A DNA stretch of 62,272 nucleotides, counting the filler, from Streblomastix strix (Eukaryota), in NCBI GenBank assembly GCA_008636045.1. It is 4 parts of 4 records of this genome, joined end to end, with 100 filler letters (N's around TTAATTAATTAA, not from the genome) between each part and the next. Parts side by side here need not be neighbours in the genome. Positions count along the whole stretch, not along the records: positions 46,796 to 62,272 come from SNRW01000976.1; 3 more parts are not named here. The stretch is one strand, 5' to 3'. Under the pieces are notes generated by a model that worked only from the letters and a program-made list of their open reading frames with translations, did not search any database and was not told the DNA's origin. The position numbers and the translations under genes were made by a program. Below are positions 51,001 to 62,272 of this stretch, piece after piece. Position 1 is the first letter of the stretch; every line of letters starts with the position of its first letter.

Positions 51001-54000
51001 ACTATTTTTTTAATTAAGAATCCATCTTGTTGGGATTTTTGCTGAATGAGGAGAAATATAACCATTGAAAGATATAACATTCTATAATTACTACTGATAC
51101 AAATTTAACTGTGATTAAAAAGATGACATAAAAGGTGTTTAATATTAATTATAAGATAAATTATAATTATAATTAGTATTGTTATAATTTTGTAATGGTT
51201 GGGTATATGATTCAGAAGATTACGCTGAGAAGGATGAAGAATGGTTATGATTTGATATTCGATCTAAGCGAAGTGCATTTAATTATTAATTTTAATTCTA
51301 AATGTATAGTTGACTAATATCATTACTTTATGTATTGTTACTGATGTTTTCATTGAGGTTATAGTTCAATCCAATATTTTCTGGCATTTATCCGTTATTA
51401 TAGTATTAAGATTATTAAACAGATTATTGTTATTCTTATACAAATTAGCGCGATAAAGGTGATTATTGATATTGATATTAAGATGATTGCTATGAAAATG
51501 GAGTATGGAAAGAAATAGTAGAAAATGGGGACGTAGAAACGTGAGGAACAAATGTTGGGCTATAATTGTGTTCTTTATTAATATTCAGATTATTATTATT
51601 GATATTATTATTGTTGTTGATATTAATGTTGTTAACATTCAACTTATTATTGACATTATTATTATTTGAACTGTTTGTTTAACCTATATTTTCCATATTT
51701 GGAATTTCTTTGATATTGTCAATTCCACTTCCTTGAATCTATTCTCTAGCAGAATATGGCATAAATACTAATGATTATTAAACCAGGTTTGAATTTGAAT
51801 CAATATTCATATTTCCAAACTAATTCATTTAAGTTCTAATATTAAATGGACTTTGAGTTTGATCCTATTATTAATTTTATATTTAATTAAACTGCAGTTA
51901 GTGATTTAATTCTTATTCTTATTATTATTATAATTTCTATTGCTGCAAATTCAAAAATTAAATGTTTTTCTTGTATATCTGTTTATGTTACTAATATAGA
52001 TTCTAAGGTATTTATTGATCATTAAAAACAGGAGGAGTGTAATTTAAGTTTTAACAATCTGATATTTATTGAGTAGTTTGATTGTTATTAATGTTACTAT
52101 TGAAAATAGTGTTAATGTTGACTTCACTATTTCTATTAATGTTCATATTCATATTATTATTTAAATTTTATTTCTAATTATTGTCATTATTATTGTTGAT
52201 ATTATCAGCTTTGTCTTCAATATTTTAAAATGTTTTTGAAATGTCAAATGGATTTAAATTATTATTTTAAAGGTAAATATTGTCGTTTTCATTATTTCTA
52301 TTCGATTATTAATCTTTTCCTTCAAAATTATCTTAATTTTCATCTTTTTCCTAATTTTCTTCTTCATTCACTATTCCCAACTTGTACATTTTCTATGTAA
52401 TATACAAAGAAAAATTATGATTATTATTGTTTTAATTAGACGGAGAATGTGCTTTCAATCTTTGCAACGGTTGCAATGATTTTGTAGACTAAGTTTATGA
52501 TTATTATGATTATTATGATTACTATTACTAAGAACTAGGCGACTATTAAAATAGAGAATTTTCTACTGGTGAAGCTGAAGGAGAAATGAAATTACCTGAT
52601 TATTTATTATATATAAATTAAAGAGATGAAGCTCTTTACCTTCCTTCTAAAGATTATTGTGTTGATGTTGAGAGTGATGATATATTACTATTTTATGATG
52701 ACCCCATTGAATTTGACATCTGCATCTGCATTTATAAGAAATTTTGTTGGTTTTCATTTTTTAATTCTGTTAATGGAGCGAAAGTTGTTGTACTGAAATT
52801 TGATGGTGGTTGATATTTTGAATTGTGAGTAAGAGTGCTTTGAATCTGACTAAGCATCTGCTGCTATAATAATAACTGCTATTGGTGATACTCCAATTAT
52901 TTGATAAGTTACTTCTCAATATCACTGTCTTGCTTATTTTCTTTATCATCTTTTTTAGTTGTTTAGGATTAATTTTAATTTTATTCTTTTTCTTTTTATT
53001 TATCGTTCTGTTATATTTTATCATTATTTTATAATTATAGTTGTTGATTTTGTTATTCTTACTAAATTACTTATATTTTCTTTTACTCTTCAATTTGATT
53101 ATTTAAATAGTTTAATTATTAATTATTATTTTCAATCTCAATTTATTAATCATGAATTAAAATTTATTAGTTTTTGGATTGAACAAAAAGTTACTAACTA
53201 TCTAATGAAGTAGAAATTTATTATTATTTAACCGGATTTGAAATATCATATAAAATATGATGATTTTCGTCACCTATTGGAAATTACAGTATTTCCTCAA
53301 TATTCTAATTTTTCTCATTATTCTAAATTATTGGTGAATGTGGATTTGATGATATTGGAGTATGCTAATTTGAAGATGTTGGTGTATGGGTTGGAATTTA
53401 AATGGACATTGGAAGTGGAATAGAAAAACTGAGCAGTTTTTATGGAACGTGGATTGCATTATTATTAATGTTTTTATTATTATTACTATTATTATTGTTG
53501 TTGATGATGTTGTTTGTATTTAAATTGATGTTATTTGTGAATTAATCATTATTAATATTTAAAGACGGAATTTGTTATTATTATTGTTGTTGATTTTTTA
53601 CAAATAGCTGAGAAGAAATAATATTGTCTTTATGATTATTAGTTTAAATCAATATTTCATTTTATGGTGCGATTGGTATATCTTCTTGATTTAAAACTTT
53701 TTATTATTTCACTTATATGATTTAAAATTTCTTCTATTCCAAAGATTGTTTAAGTTAAGGTACTAATTAATTTTATTCTTATTTTTATTAATTTTAAATA
53801 TTTAATAATTATTCTTATAATTCCTTCGATTGACCATTATCTTATTATTCTAATTCTTATTTGTCATTCAAAAAGTCTTACTGCTGTTATTAAATTAAAT
53901 TATTTTTCTCTAAATTTTATTCTTATTGATTTAATTGTAACTATTATTGATTCTTTTATTCTTTTCTCAATTAATTTTTTATATTTTCTTTTTCGTCGTT

Positions 54001-55508
54001 TATGTCAGAAATCTATTTTATTAAGTTTAGCGAAGTTAGCTTCTCTTCTAATAGAATTTAATCATTGTTCTATTTCTATGAATTGTTTTAACAATGATTA
54101 TGAATTTAATTTGAATTCTGACTTTCCATTTCTTGTTCGTGTTGTTTTTGAACTACCAATCTTAATTCATTCATATCAATTTCCCATTCAAAAGGTTACT
54201 TTAGATCAAGGCCGTTTTCAACAGCTGCTTCTTTCATTAGTTTCGCGATCATGAAATAATCTGGTTCAGCGAAGAAGTCCAGAGTGAAAAGATGCTCTTC
54301 GATCTTTTCGAATTACTTTGGCATGCTACTAACAAGTTCTTTACCTAAGTATCTTTCTTTCATTCGGCAGACTTCATTCTATATTTGAAATATTATTATT
54401 AAATAGAATGATTAAATAATATAATAATTTGTGAATAATAAATATATATGAAAAATTGAATAAAATTTAAAAAATGACATAAAATATATAAATTACATCC
54501 CAATATAAATATAAATAAATATTACACTTCAACAAATACACATACTTTTGTTTTCATTGATGTCCAAGGTAGTTTTCCAGTTCGTAATTCAATTAATACA
54601 TAGAGTAAAGAAATCAAATCATCACTTCGACCAAGATCAAATCCATGGTGCGTTCGAAGTGAAGCATATCGCATTGTTCCTCTAAAATTGATGTTTAATG
54701 GGGTCTTAATAAAATAAATAAAATAAAATAAAATAAATTAGAAAATAAAATAAAATAAATTAGAAAAAAAAATAAGTTTGAAAAAAATATTATACTTTAA
54801 AATTTGATAATTGTGGATCTGCCAACTTCTTACATAACCCAAAGTCAATCAAATAAATTGTGCCTGATGTATCTTTTGTATTTCCAATCACAAAATTGCC
54901 CTTATATAATAAATAAATAAATCATTTAAAGAAAGAAAAGAAAATACTGGTTTTATATCTCGATGAACGAAGCCAGCTTGGTGCAGTGCCATCAATGCTT
55001 CGGTTCCTTAAACACCAATCTTCAATATTGAGTGTAGTGAAAGACGATACGGTGGTTTGCGGTTCACAACATCGCTGTGGGAATGGAGAAAAAAGTAAAA
55101 AAGAATTATAATTAATATCTCGATAAGTGGTTGATTTTATACATAAACGATGGCCCAAGAAGCTCCATGGCAACAAATTTGTAGTTTTTGTGAGTTCCAT
55201 GGTGATAAAACTTCGCAAAGTGCTTATTTCCTGAACAAAATATGAAAATTAATTTTGAATTTGCTCGGAAAAATCAAAATACCTTCCATTACACGCATCA
55301 CTACAGCTTCGTTCATGAGTTATGGCTGTGTCGCTTAAATATTTTCGAATTTAAGAGCAGAAGTTCGCACTCCTCCAGAAATCGTGTTTGCAGAGAAAAT
55401 CTGCCCGAACGAGCCTGCACCTATTTCCGGTCCGAGAACATAATGACCCTTAACTACATCACCCTATCTAAATGGAGTTTTTGTAGATGGTGGATCCGTA
55501 GCACTCAT
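48015..55508 (-). CDS. Casein kinase 1 / tau-tubulin kinase family protein with a very long Q/N/S-rich C-terminal region
   Basis: ATG at 55508. IGAGSFGQIF, ALKFE, MELLGPS, FVHRDIKP|GNF, YLIDFGL, FRGTMRYAS, DDLISLLY, LPW, EPDY. Five GT-AG introns between about 55282 and 54379. Tail to a TGA at about 48015; its frame was not checked base by base. Confidence 0.9.
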
Positions 55509-55857
55509 TATTGAAAAGTTCTGATTATTTATGCTTGAAAAATTCTATTCGATAACTTCATTAAATTAATAATAGAAATCAAAATTATTTGATATGATAA
55601 ATCATTTTATATTAAATTAATGTTATTTTTAATTAATGTTTCTATACTCATAAATCTCATAAATGCGACATGGTTGTAATAACTAGATTTTTCTAAAATT
55701 TTCTATTAATCAATATTTTTACTATGTATTACTGCTCAAAAATAACAGTCCAGTGAAATGATTAATAAACAAATTTGATAAGTAACGAAGTTAAAACTAC
55801 AAGAATCAAAAAATTAACAAGAAACAAAATAAAATATAATTGATTATCAAATAATAA

Positions 55858-58354
55858 TCAATCAACTTCACTATCAGTAAATTCTTCTTCATCCAAACTA
55901 TCTTCTTCTTCTTAACCATCTTATTATTCTTATTCATTTATCAATTAATTTCCATCAGATTACTTCTAATCTTTTAATAATAAATTTGTATCCTTTTCTC
56001 TTCTTTTCAATTATTATTATTCTTTTTATTTCATAATAAGATCCTCATGAAACACACCTTTCAACTTATGCTGCATCGAATGCTACGGTTTAGTCTTCTA
56101 TTTCACAATCAGATCTTCAAGTTCTTTCTTCTTCTTCTCATCAACTGTGGGGACATGCGATTCTTTCACTAAATGCCCATACTATTCAAGTCTCTCTCTT
56201 TTTCTTCTCATTTCTTCTTATTCTCTCTAAAACTCTGTTTTCTTCATTCTATCATCAGAATCTGCTTGCATTCTGGATTTCCCTTTAAAATAGTGCGATA
56301 CATCAACATGTTCAATGGGTTGTAAATGCGATCCTTCCTTTTATCTGATTTCAGTCTCCATTTCTTCGCCAAAACGGCGAATTTCGTCAAAATCTATCGG
56401 TTTTGATTTCTAAGCTTTGATTTATGCCAATTTTTGCCTATTTTCAGCTTCTTCTGCTGAGATCACGTTTTCCTGATATTTCTGTTCTATCTGTTTATAT
56501 AGAGGAACACCTCTTTTTTTCTTTTATTCAATTTCTTACTTCTATAATTCTTCAATTTATTTTCTTCTATTCTCTTATTGTTCTTTCCTTTATTTTTATT
56601 TTTCTTCTCTTTCTTCTTTTTATCTTTTAATTTTCTCTTCTTATTCCTGAATTCTTCGATCTGATGCTTCTTCTAACTGTTTCTGAAGCTCATTTAGTTT
56701 TTCTTATTCTTATTATTATCTTTTCTTTTTAAGGATTTATTATTCATTCTTAAACTGTTTTATTCGATCTATATGTTATTATACTTTTTCTAATTCTGAT
56801 TTCTCTTCATCTGTCAGATCAATACCTTGAATTAGAGCCGAATTTATAGCATTTGATTCATCTATTTATTATTACTGCTATTCTTTATTTTAATTCATTT
56901 TCAATACTTATCCAATCGGAGAAACTGATTGTGGTGAAGAATTATTTTAATTGATTTTTCCTTTTGCGTTAAAAACACGGTTTAATTTATCGTATTTCTT
57001 TCGCGCTTCGTCAATTCTTTCTTTTTCTTTCTCCTTTTCTAATTCTTTTGCTTTTTCTTTCGATTGTTTCTCTCTTTCATCATATTGCTTCATTTTAACA
57101 TTTGTCAATCTATGAACTTTCTTCATCAGTTCATCCAGTTCTTCTTCATTTAATGGTCTGTTGGAACCTTGTGTTGAAGGTCTTTCTATTATATCTGATA
57201 AAGCTTCTACCGACTCTATTGCTTTCTAATTAGGGATATTAAGAGCTGCAACTGCAACTTTCTATACTGCTGTATCAATAATGTTATTCCAGTATGTATC
57301 AGTATGCCTTTTAACTAATCTCTCAATAAGAGTTATCGGAATATCTTCATATTCAACATTGTTCACATTAATATTAATATTACTAAAACTATTATTATCT
57401 TACTTACTTTTAATTTCTATTAACTTCAATTTCGGTTTTCTTTTAACTTCCTTTGAAAGATCAGCTTTGCTCTTCATTCCAAACACAAGTTCTTTAGCTC
57501 CACTCAAAAACAGTCTTTTCTCTTCGCCAAGATTCACATTCAAAGTCTCAATATCAGAGTTGTACTATTTTGTTCTCTCATTCTCCTGTCTGCTGGTTTC
57601 AGTATATTCATTGACTTTCATTTGGTGGTCGTTCATTTCTTTTTTAAGTTCCCTTTTCTTGTAATAGTTCACTTGTTCCATCTCTCTTCGAAGTGCAAGT
57701 TTAAGTTCACTGAGGACTTATTTGCAGTGATTGTTCTGTGAAAGGAGAGTTCTCTTCTATTTCTCAATTGAAAGGATTTTAGGATAAATTTCCATGCTCT
57801 TCTATTCGAGATAAACAATAAGAAAATCTTCAATAGTGACCGGTTTTGGAGGTGATGGAGGTGGAACTTGAATTGGTGGTTGTTAATTTTCTACATGTTG
57901 TATAGATTAAATAGTTGTTCCACTCGGCTCATTTGAATTGCTTGATACATTTGTGGCAACTTTCTCATCATTTGTGGATTAAGAGATTATTGGAGAAAAG
58001 GTTGTTGCTGCAGCTGAAGCAGATGGAGGGGCTGTATTTGGAGCTCCTTGAGGAGGTGCAGCTAAAGTATCAGAAGATGCTGGCGCAGTACTTGTTACAG
58101 GAACAGAATCGGCTGATACAGCAGTCGCAACAGATTTTTGTCCACCCTTCGTTTCGGACGTAATCTTCCCTTTCTAAGTATATTAAATTTATAAAAATCA
58201 AAGAAAAAATAAATTTCATTTAAAAAACTTATTTAAATATTATGTTAAATTGTATGAATAATGCATAATTAATCAAACAATAAAAAAATTGAAATTACAG
58301 CATTAATTTATATAAAAAAATATTATTATTATTACAAACCGGCGCTGCACTCAT
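55858..58354 (-). CDS. Hypothetical coiled-coil protein with an A/P/S/T-rich N-terminus and acidic C-terminus
   Basis: 15-nt first exon MSAAP|GT, intron of about 165 nt, then a long E/K/R/Q-rich frame ending ...EEFTDSEVD* at 55858. Confidence 0.75.
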
Positions 58355-58799
58355 TTTCTGCCTGAATTCAAATTTGAATGGTGAAAATAAAGCAAAACTG
58401 TAATAGCCATAATGATATAATTTTAAAAAAACTGTTTATTTCTGATAACAATAAATTAATTGACTTCATCATTATTTATTTTAGAAATATATCTTTTATT
58501 AGTTAACATTTATATGATAAATAATTCAATGCACTATCAATTGAGATGCTAGGTCTTTTCTTTATTTATTAATCGAAATTAAAACTGGATCTTATTGTGT
58601 AATTTAAATTAAACTATTTTTTCTTTTAAAAAATTCCAAATTGAATATTTTACTTTTATATATTCAATATTTATATTTTTATAACATACATTTTTATGAT
58701 TTTTTCATTTTTTTTTAAAAAAGTCTCTTTTTTGTTTTATTACTGTTGTAATAGATATTAATTCATTAAAAATCTAAAAGAAATGCTTCAAGTCAGAAG

Positions 58800-59800
58800 T
58801 TTTAACATGTACCAATGAATTTTTTTATGCAGTTTGCAATTCATTTATATCTTTTGGCGACTGCTTAAAATACACATTTCCGAATCCTCTTTATTCGTAG
58901 ATGCTGATCGTGGGTAAGCCGCGAATCAGCTATAATAAAAGTGAAATGGGTAGTTGATAAAATACTTGCAAAAGAGGACTACAGAAAAGGTCTAAACGTG
59001 GAGAAATTTAAAAAATTTCTCAAATAAATTAACACGCTTCCCGCTGGCATTAGTTTTCCAGCTAAGATAAGAGTCTCCAGTAGCGAACTCTTCTTCTGGA
59101 GGATAGTCTAATGTGCCCTGTTTTGAAATATAAGCTGCATTGTTAATTGTAATTCGTAAATCTACTCTATATTCTAATAGTTCGGAATTCAATAAAATTA
59201 CATGGTTGTATAATGTGAAGCTCGGAGAACCGTCGATAATACTTATGCCGGCTTATTTAATACCGTCAGCTTCAGTGGTAAAATTAATTTTAAAAGTATT
59301 GATCTTAATGAATTATTATTATTTATATTATTATTTTTAATTAATAGCATTCAATTATTAGATGATAAATTCGTAGTGATTGCTACATAATTTTGCTTGT
59401 GGTTTTACCATCAAAGTAATGTTAATAATCGTTAATTTAGTGGATCAGGTGTTAAAATGTCAACTTTGTATGAAAATTTCAAATTTATCCTCAATGATTA
59501 TGACGCAGCAAACCAATATCCACAATCTGATACCATAAAATCGAAATTTTCGTTTGAGAATCAAACGCTAGTCGATAATAGTGCAAACCGAAATCATATT
59601 AGTATAGGATCGGAATTTCATATATAATGCTGTGAACAGTTAGCGTTTCCCTCCTATGCTCGGATTTGATAATTACAATAATTCTTGCGAAGATAAGCTT
59701 CGCCAGCATTAACCACTTATGTGTTTCAGTTCAGATATACTTAATAAACCGTTGATTGTAGAAGACGACCCGGATATTCACTCATCTCAAATTAATCAAC
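58800..59800 (-). pseudogene. Decayed ORF of unknown function next to the DIRS remnant
   Basis: Partially open frames (KINFTTEADGIK...YISKQGTLDYPPEEEFATGDSYLSWK) with several TGA. Confidence 0.3.
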
Positions 59801-59989
59801 TCGTGTCTATTAGACATGAAACAAATATAAGTAAAGTAAATAAAAAAAATTAAGTAGATTAATAAAGGGAGGGAAGTGAAAGATAAAGATTAGCGAAATA
59901 ATAAATAAATGAGCATATCAGTATATATTTAGCGGAAAAAGTCTCACAGGAGGGCTCATAGAGGATGAACTACTCCATTGCGTGGTTTG

Positions 59990-61860
59990 TTTCCTAAAAC
60001 TATTCTCTGGCGTACTAGTTTTTTCACAAACCAACACCATTCCGTAGCTCATCCTCTTTATTCAGAGATGTTTAAAGAATGTTAACTACTCTTTAGTAAG
60101 AATATAACTGTTCTAGAATATTACCAATTGACAGAGGCTTGCCAGGACGATAATAATAATCATCAACGACCTTTGAACCATATGCGTTATTTGTCAGAAG
60201 ATTCACCTGCTCAATGGCGAGTCTTGATGATCTGAGCTTCGTTTTAACTGAGTGGCGAATTGTGTTACTGCTATATTAACGTGATACACCTGCTTGACTC
60301 AGTCTTCTACATATGATATCGCCTAACTAATGTTCATTCGCTCTCTTTTCCTTTAATATAAACCATAGATCTTCTCCAGTGGTTTATGCAATTTAGTTCA
60401 ACCAATCATCCATTGCTACAACTGGACAAATGTTCTTATCCGTTAGTCTAGATATTATTCGTTCAATAAAACAGTTAAGTTTCTTCTTTTTTGGTGCAAT
60501 TACGAGCGTTTCTTTTGTACTAATCAAAATGGATGATCTGTTTAATGCAGCAATTTCTGCACCATGCAGAGTTGTATATAACTATAGAAGAACTGCTACA
60601 TGTGCTTGTATATCTTCCTTTGTCATTTAACTTTATTAATTAATATCGAAATCTAGATGTTGTTCTTCTTTCCAAACTGTTATATATTTAGCTTTAACAA
60701 CTTTATTTGATGCTAACTTCTTTGTAATTGAAGTCAAAAGTTGTGATTTGCTAACAATATGCCCTCATAAATGTTCTATAATCGCGCATAGCCCATATTT
60801 AGTTGAACATAACATAGTTTTTGTCATATAATTATCGAAGCAATGTTTCAAAACTCTTTTAACCGTTAAAGCAGCAGTATTTTCAAAGAATGAACATATT
60901 GATGCACCAGATTCGTCAATATACGGTGCAATTAGTGCCAGTTAAGCCCTACGCTTTCGCCATAATTAATCTTTCATTTCTAATATCAAATCCTGAGCTT
61001 CATTTTCAGTTAATTTCGTTCAAAATGCTATTTATTAGTCTACTTCGTCCCACATTTAATTTTGATCAAATATATGATGAGATGCAAATGCGTCGAGTGT
61101 AAAATTAACTTTCAGCTTGAGAAATGCCATTTTAATTATCTCCTCCTTCAATTGATAATCGCCTGCTTTCTCCAGTATACTAAAGCGATCCGCCATGTAA
61201 TTTTATTCTCCCTTTGGATACACTGCTTCTATTGACAAGTTCATCTGATCTGAAAGTCTATAAATTTATCTCAGTGTTGGTGCTAGTGTAGGCGCTGCTT
61301 TTCTCCTATTAATGTTTTGAACTGCCACCTAATTATCTGATCGTATCAGAATCGAGTGGATCTCCTTCGCTCTGCAGATATTTGCGAAATGCGTTAGGAC
61401 GTAGTACACGGCTCTCAATTCTCTCTTGTTGGGAGATTTAAGAAATTTCAGTTATTGCCATTTACCCCATGCTATTCGTATTTGATTATTACGATTCATT
61501 GTCGCTCCCCACATCAAATGTGAGGCATCGGTAGTTATTATTGCTTATGTTGGCGGAGGAAGTAATATTGAATATACTTTGTTGGAAATAATTCTGGAGA
61601 GCCACCACTATAAATCTGAGATAGCTAGTTATAAAATTCGAGTACATGAAGTCCATCCTTTTTTATTTCTCCTTCATAGTGATTTCTGCAGTTTCATTGT
61701 ATGAACAGCTCATGTTGTGAATTGTGAGCTGAGATAATTCAACTTACCTAATAACTTTGCTAAGTTTTTCAAGTAACACAATTTAGAATGAATTGCAATT
61801 GATGTCCAAACCCTAAGTAAGTGAATCATTGATATCGTCCGGAGAATATGTCCGTCCGAA
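59990..61860 (-). mobile_element. DIRS-type tyrosine-recombinase retrotransposon remnant (RT C-terminus, RNase H, YR)
   Basis: LAKLLGKLNYL...LQWWL...ITTDASHLMWGA...NKRELRAV...IRSDN...NYMADRFS (about 61190-61800). YR: TTLHGAEI...ICPV...NTIRHS...VVDDIYY (about 60150-60600). Stops present. Confidence 0.88.
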
Positions 61861-62272
61861 TAAGCTAACTTTTTCATATTTAATGATCAATTTATTATTT
61901 GTATATATATTATATATGATCACTATTAGGTACAATATTCGAGAGAATCATTAATATTCACTGGGCTTTTTGTTGAGATCATGATGAAAGTGATCAGATC
62001 AATAGTGGATTTTTTGTTAATTTTAGTTATATTTATGTCTCTATTCAGTAACTTCGATGAGTTTTATATTATTTTAGTTAATAATTAGTAATACAATATA
62101 ATTAATATAAATATATATATAATTATAATGGCTTAAGTATAATAGGAAAATATCGTTATTTTTCGGTGTACATCTATAAATAATTAAATTTATTGAATAA
62201 TATTGCTATGAAATATATTAATTAATAATATTTTATAGATAAAACACCATAGGTATTCTTGTTAATAACGTT

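Noticed and set aside
383..61102. Most short ORFs in the supplied track (for example the hydrophobic I/L/F-rich ORFs at 48638-53423, 56424, 57281, 57915)
   Set aside because: They are antisense or off-frame shadows of real genes, produced by using the standard code.

Overview
Very AT-rich eukaryotic DNA made of four unrelated ~15.5 kb contigs (1-15507, 15608-31106, 31207-46695, 46796-62272) joined by artificial N-TTAATTAATTAA-N linkers. Genes only read through if TAA and TAG encode Gln and TGA is the sole stop, so the supplied standard-code ORF track is badly fragmented. That code, short GT-AG introns and the gene families present point to an oxymonad such as Streblomastix strix (inferred, not verified). 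Contig 1 has two large type-I membrane protein genes (one with two degenerate papain-like domains, one GGA-repeat beta-helix protein), inverted-repeat elements and DIRS retroelement remnants. Contigs 2 and 3 each carry a decayed endogenous Maverick/Polinton-like DNA virus. Between them they encode a protein-primed PolB, an rve-type integrase with a D,D(35)D triad, an A32-like packaging ATPase, putative major and minor capsid proteins, fibre-like proteins, HNH and KilA-N. There is also a 70-aa amphipathic protein resembling the adenovirus protein VI lytic helix, and many viral start codons lie in TAAATG. A MITE sits inside the contig 3 element and a mariner lies where it breaks off. Contig 4 has a CK1/TTBK kinase with a huge Q/N-rich tail, a coiled-coil gene and a DIRS remnant with a tyrosine recombinase. 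All translations were done by hand; pseudogene boundaries are approximate.
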